64,000 nucleotides of DNA from Vicugna vicugna (Eukaryota). The position numbers were made by a program, and so were the translations under genes. The notes below the pieces were generated by a model. The model searched no databases. It was not told the origin of the DNA and saw only the letters and a program-made list of their open reading frames with translations. The stretch covers positions 992,001 to 1,056,000 of the forward strand of contig MU057999.1 in the NCBI GenBank assembly GCA_013265495.1, written 5' to 3'. Positions 60,471 through 64,000 of this stretch are shown in pieces; the stretch's first letter is position 1; every line of letters begins with the position of its first letter.

Positions 60471-61754
60471 GGAGAGATGGGTGGTCCCTCTCCCCGTCGA
60501 TGCTTGCTTCTGCCCCTCTGCCCAAGGCTGCTTTCTGAGTGGCAGCCTCAGACTGCCTGGAGGATGCAGTAAGACAACTTGGTTAAAGGATTTACCGCGT
60601 GCCTGGCGTGCAGCAAGTGCTCGGTGAATGTGATGACTGTGAGTATGAGAAACAGTGGCCTGTGGCTGGGGCTAGGCTGTCTGCCGTGATGATGAAACAG
60701 GCATCGATGGCAGTGACCCCTGGGAGCCTGTGATCGGAGCCTGATCAGTCTGAGCAAACAGACATGACTAAGACAGGCACCAGCCAATATGACGTTAATG
60801 AGCAGTGTGGCGTGAGAGGAGGCTGGCCAGGCCCAGCAAAAGCCCACCTCGGGTGGTCCTGACTGCCCTCCCAGTGCTCGCTGTGTGCTGATTCAAAAGA
60901 GCTGGCTGTTCTTCCCTGAGCGGAGGGGTGGGGAATTCTTGAACGCTATTTGCGAGACATCAGTAAAAATGCTTCAGGAATCCGCCCTGTGACAAGCGTG
61001 CCTGAATGTTGTGCTTGAGCTCCGGCCTAATAGGCTTTGTAGAGTACGGTACTGATTTTATTTCACGTTTTAATAGAATCCGATTTAATATTTGCTTTCT
61101 GCTCTAGCTGCTAGCTGTTGACTGATTCAACACAGACTCCTTCCCTGGTGCCCCTCGACCTTGTTGTCATTCCCTCATTTTGTGTGTTGGCGTTTGATTC
61201 CTGTCTCTGGCAGGAACCGATTTTCACGTGTCTTCGTTCAGCTGGCGACAGTCACGTACACGGTATCGGAACGCATTACTGTCCAGAGCCGCTGCTCCAG
61301 CAGACCCTACCGTTCGGGAGCGGGGGCTTCCAGGCAGGATTCGTTTCCGTCAGGTAGACACTGAGGATCAGCAGAGCTCAGCCTGGGAACTCAAGTCTAT
61401 GCTCTGTTCTGTTTTGGAGCAGGAGATTCCCCAGCTTAATCTCAAAACACTCAGGACTGCGGCCATTAATTCAGCAACATTTTGCCCCCCAAGTAGGTAC
61501 CAGCTTTCCGGAGTTTTGTAACAAGGCATCTCAGCCTTTGCCAGAGTGTGAACAGAAGCCCTGGACAGAACTGTCTAGAGGCAAGAGGCTGCCCTCCTGG
61601 AGTCCCAGAGAGCCTGGCTGGTTTGTAACGGACAGTCTGTTCAAGTGTCCTGCTATCTGTGAATAGATCTGACCACTGACCTTTGGACTAGCATATAGCG
61701 TAAGGCCAGCCTTTCCCTCAGTAGAAAAAGATCATTTCACCGGCAGGCGGCACA

Positions 61755-61970
61755 GGGCTGTAGTTGAGAACGTGAGCTTTGGAATCAGGCAAATGTGGTG
61801 TCCATGCCGACTTCAGTGCTCAGAGACCATGGGATCTTTAGCCAATCCCCATTCTCAACGTTAGTTTCCCTTCCTATAACCTGAGTTCACCGCTGTATCT
61901 TCCCAGTAGGGTTCTTGAGGGGGATGAAATGCACGCGAAGTAGCCAGCAGAGGGTCTGGGACACACCCCT
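61755..61970 (+). mobile_element. MIR fragment
   Basis: gttgagaacgtgagctttggaatcaggcaaatgtgg...ttagtttcccttcctataac...agggttcttgagggggatgaaatg. Confidence 0.6.
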
Positions 61971-62597
61971 GTACTCTTCTTGAGTCATGGGGTCAAACAT
62001 GGTCTCTGCGTGAATCTCCCTGGTGTCTTGTCTTCATGCACCAAAGCTTGCGTGATGTGAATACTCATCTCTCCAGGTGTTCTGGCAGCCTGTCCTACAG
62101 AGGAACACTTCCACTTCCATGCACGCCCTGTGCGGATTCCAGGTTGGGAGATTTTTATGCAGGAGGCCAGCATATATTGGGGCTTATGAAGGGGTCACTC
62201 CTATCCCTCAAGCCTTGAGTTCTACACCCATGAAGAAAAGACAAGGAATCCAATAGGTGTGCCCTGTTATTGATGCTAAAGCGGGCTGGAGGATGCAGCT
62301 TGGTCCTGAGAACAAAAGGGCTTGTAGCCAGGTCCTCCATCCTCCTCTTGCTTGGCACATAGGACTCAACGAAGGAAAACCCTAGTAGGGACGACTGAAA
62401 GAGGAGTTGGGGACAGGTTGCCGTCTTCATCCATCATTTGTTCTCTGAATGGATTGGAGCACGGAGATTTAGGGTTGAGGGAGGAGACAGAGATGCATGT
62501 ATGTGATGAGGTTGGAAACACCCCAAAAGCGGATGAAGGGAGGCTGGGCAAGGCACTTCTGTCCCGCCTCACCAGGCCTTTCTTTGTCTCCCTACAG

Positions 62598-62933
62598 GTG
62601 TCCCATCAGGTCCCCGCAATGTCATCTCCATCGTCAATGAGACATCCATCATTCTGGAGTGGCACCCGCCTCGGGAGACGGGTGGGCGGGATGATGTGAC
62701 CTACAACATCATCTGTAAAAAGTGCCGGGCAGACCGCCGGAGCTGCTCTCGCTGCGACGACAACGTGGAGTTCGTGCCCAGGCAGCTGGGCTTGACCGAG
62801 TGCCGCGTCTCCATCAGCAGCCTGTGGGCCCACACGCCCTACACCTTCGACATCCAGGCCGTCAATGGCGTGTCCAGCAAGAGTCCCTTCCCCCCGCAGC
62901 ACGTCTCCGTCAACATCACCACAAACCAAGCTG
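62598..62933 (+). CDS. EPHB1: EPHB1 internal coding exon (equivalent to human exon 5), first fibronectin type III domain; phase 1-1
   Basis: Polypyrimidine tract plus ctacAG ending at 62597; donor GTAAGT at 62934; 336 nt. Translation (S)VPSGPRNVISIVNETSIILEWHPPRETGGRDDVTYNIICKKCRADRRSCSRCDDNVEFVPRQLGLTECRVSISSLWAHTPYTFDIQAVNGVSSKSPFPPQHVSVNITTNQA. It shows the Eph FN3 signatures (LEW.PP..TGGR.D..Y, YTF.IQA.NGVS) and the sequons NET and NIT. Confidence 0.97.
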
Positions 62934-63242
62934 GTAAGTCTGTAGGCATCTGCATCCCTTCTGTCTGTCTGCCTGGCCAGTTCTTAGCAATCTCTGTGCG
63001 GGAACAAAGCTGCAGCCACGCCCATCGCAGCAGTCTGCCCTCAGGCCTCCCTGCAGGGGTGAAGGTATCAGGCGATGGGCTTTTGTGAGCCTGGAGGAAG
63101 CAGGTGTAGTGTTCCACCTCTAAAGGTGAACCTGGATTCTGACGGATTTTCTTGTGTCCAGTATAAAAGCCAAGATGTGTATCCCAACCAGGGTAGGACC
63201 CAGTGCTCCGCCCCTGGCTGGGGCTCAACGATGTCCTTGGAA

Positions 63243-63310
63243 GGATGGATGGACCCACAGACGGATGGGTGGTAGGTGGACAGACAGATGGACAGATGGA
63301 CAGATGGATG
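63243..63310. repeat. (GATG/GACA)n compound simple repeat
   Basis: ggatggatggacccacagacggatgggtggtaggtggacagacagatggacagatggacagatggatg. Confidence 0.85.
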
Positions 63311-63725
63311 CACGAACTTGAGAATACAGGGGCCGCTAATTAGAAAGCCCCATGAAAGAGACCTCCCAGAAATCCTGTGATACTCAGTATTGCCTTCATA
63401 GATTATTTTTCAGTTAAACCCACGTAATTCGAGAGTGTGTTCTCCTCTACAGCCTCCTCAGATGAACACTGCGCTGTTAAGAGACTTCAGGTGGTTGGCA
63501 ATAGATCATGCCTGACCGCTGGTACATCCTCGTGGCACACACAGCTCAGAACACATTTGCTTCTCTTCTCTTTGTTTCCCTCTCCTTTACACTTCTGACC
63601 TTTTCTCCTTATTGCTTTTCACACCTTTTGCAAACATCCATTTCTTTTTATACCCATTTAACCAGTCCATTCATGCACTCCCTCACTTATTTATTTACTC
63701 ACTCATTTATTTATTTACTAACTCA

Positions 63726-63881
63726 TTTTTTTCTTTTCTTGGAGGGGAGGTAATTAGGATTTATTTATTCATTTATTCATTTATTTACTTACTTATTTAT
63801 TTTTAATGGGGGTACTGGGGATTGAACCCAGGACCTCGTGCATGCTAAGCGAGTGCTCTGCCACTGAGCTGTACCCTCCCC
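63726..63881 (-). mobile_element. Full-length camelid tRNA-derived SINE (Vic-1/VicSINE-like)
   Basis: On the - strand: GGGGAGGGTACAGCTCAGTGG (A box-like), GGTTCAATCCC (B box; gggattgaacc at 63818-63828), AT-rich middle and A-rich tail; actcatt on both flanks (63721 and 63886). Confidence 0.9.
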
Positions 63882-64000
63882 ATTTACTCATTATGAAGAG
63901 ACAGTTATTCAGCATCTCTTGTGTGTACAGCTGTGGATTAGACACTGTGAGGGATACAGTGATGCTTAGACACCATTGCTCCTCCCATGAAACTCATTAA

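Larger units (their letters stand above)
37577..62597 (+). other. EPHB1: EPHB1 intron (equivalent to intron 4), 25,021 nt, GT-AG, phase 1
   Basis: Canonical GTAAGT...ctacAG ends; the flanking exons join into continuous EphB1 sequence ...EVACTSVPSGPRN... Confidence 0.93.
62934..64000 (+). other. EPHB1: 5' portion of the next EPHB1 intron (equivalent to intron 5)
   Basis: Starts with donor GTAAGT; contains simple repeats, a SINE and an L2-like fragment. Confidence 0.9.

Noticed and set aside
62606..62929. 107-aa antisense ORF over exon 5
   Set aside because: Shadow ORF produced by the GC-rich codon usage of the real EPHB1 exon.
63800..63881. tRNA-like sequence with A and B boxes
   Set aside because: It is the head of a tRNA-derived SINE with an AT-rich tail, not a tRNA gene.

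Overview
Mammalian genomic DNA, most likely from a camelid (alpaca/llama/camel), judged from two tRNA-derived SINEs and several L1 3' ends that I recognise from memory as camelid-type. The window lies inside the EPHB1 receptor tyrosine kinase gene on the + strand. It holds two coding exons: 37421-37576 (156 nt, cysteine-rich/EGF-like region, equivalent to human exon 4) and 62598-62933 (336 nt, first fibronectin type III domain, equivalent to human exon 5). A 25,021-nt GT-AG intron separates them, and the first 37.4 kb is the 3' part of the preceding large intron. The rest is intronic: L1, L2, MIR, CR1/L3, MaLR/ERV LTRs, hAT MITEs, simple repeats and several repeat-free motif-dense blocks that could be enhancers. 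The other listed ORFs look like chance ORFs. I found no convincing new biological system. The best leads are: (i) a CpG-dense candidate cryptic or poison exon at 61214-61353 with a long AG-free zone; (ii) a sense-oriented MER41-like solo LTR with an intact poly(A) signal 3.5 kb upstream of exon 5; (iii) a PBX/MEIS/HOX/paired-homeodomain motif cluster at 32.2-32.8 kb; (iv) a young-L1/old-L1 chimera joined roughly in register; (v) an apparent Thr>Met change in exon 4. Repeat family names and orthologue comparisons come from memory, not database searches, and repeat boundaries are approximate.
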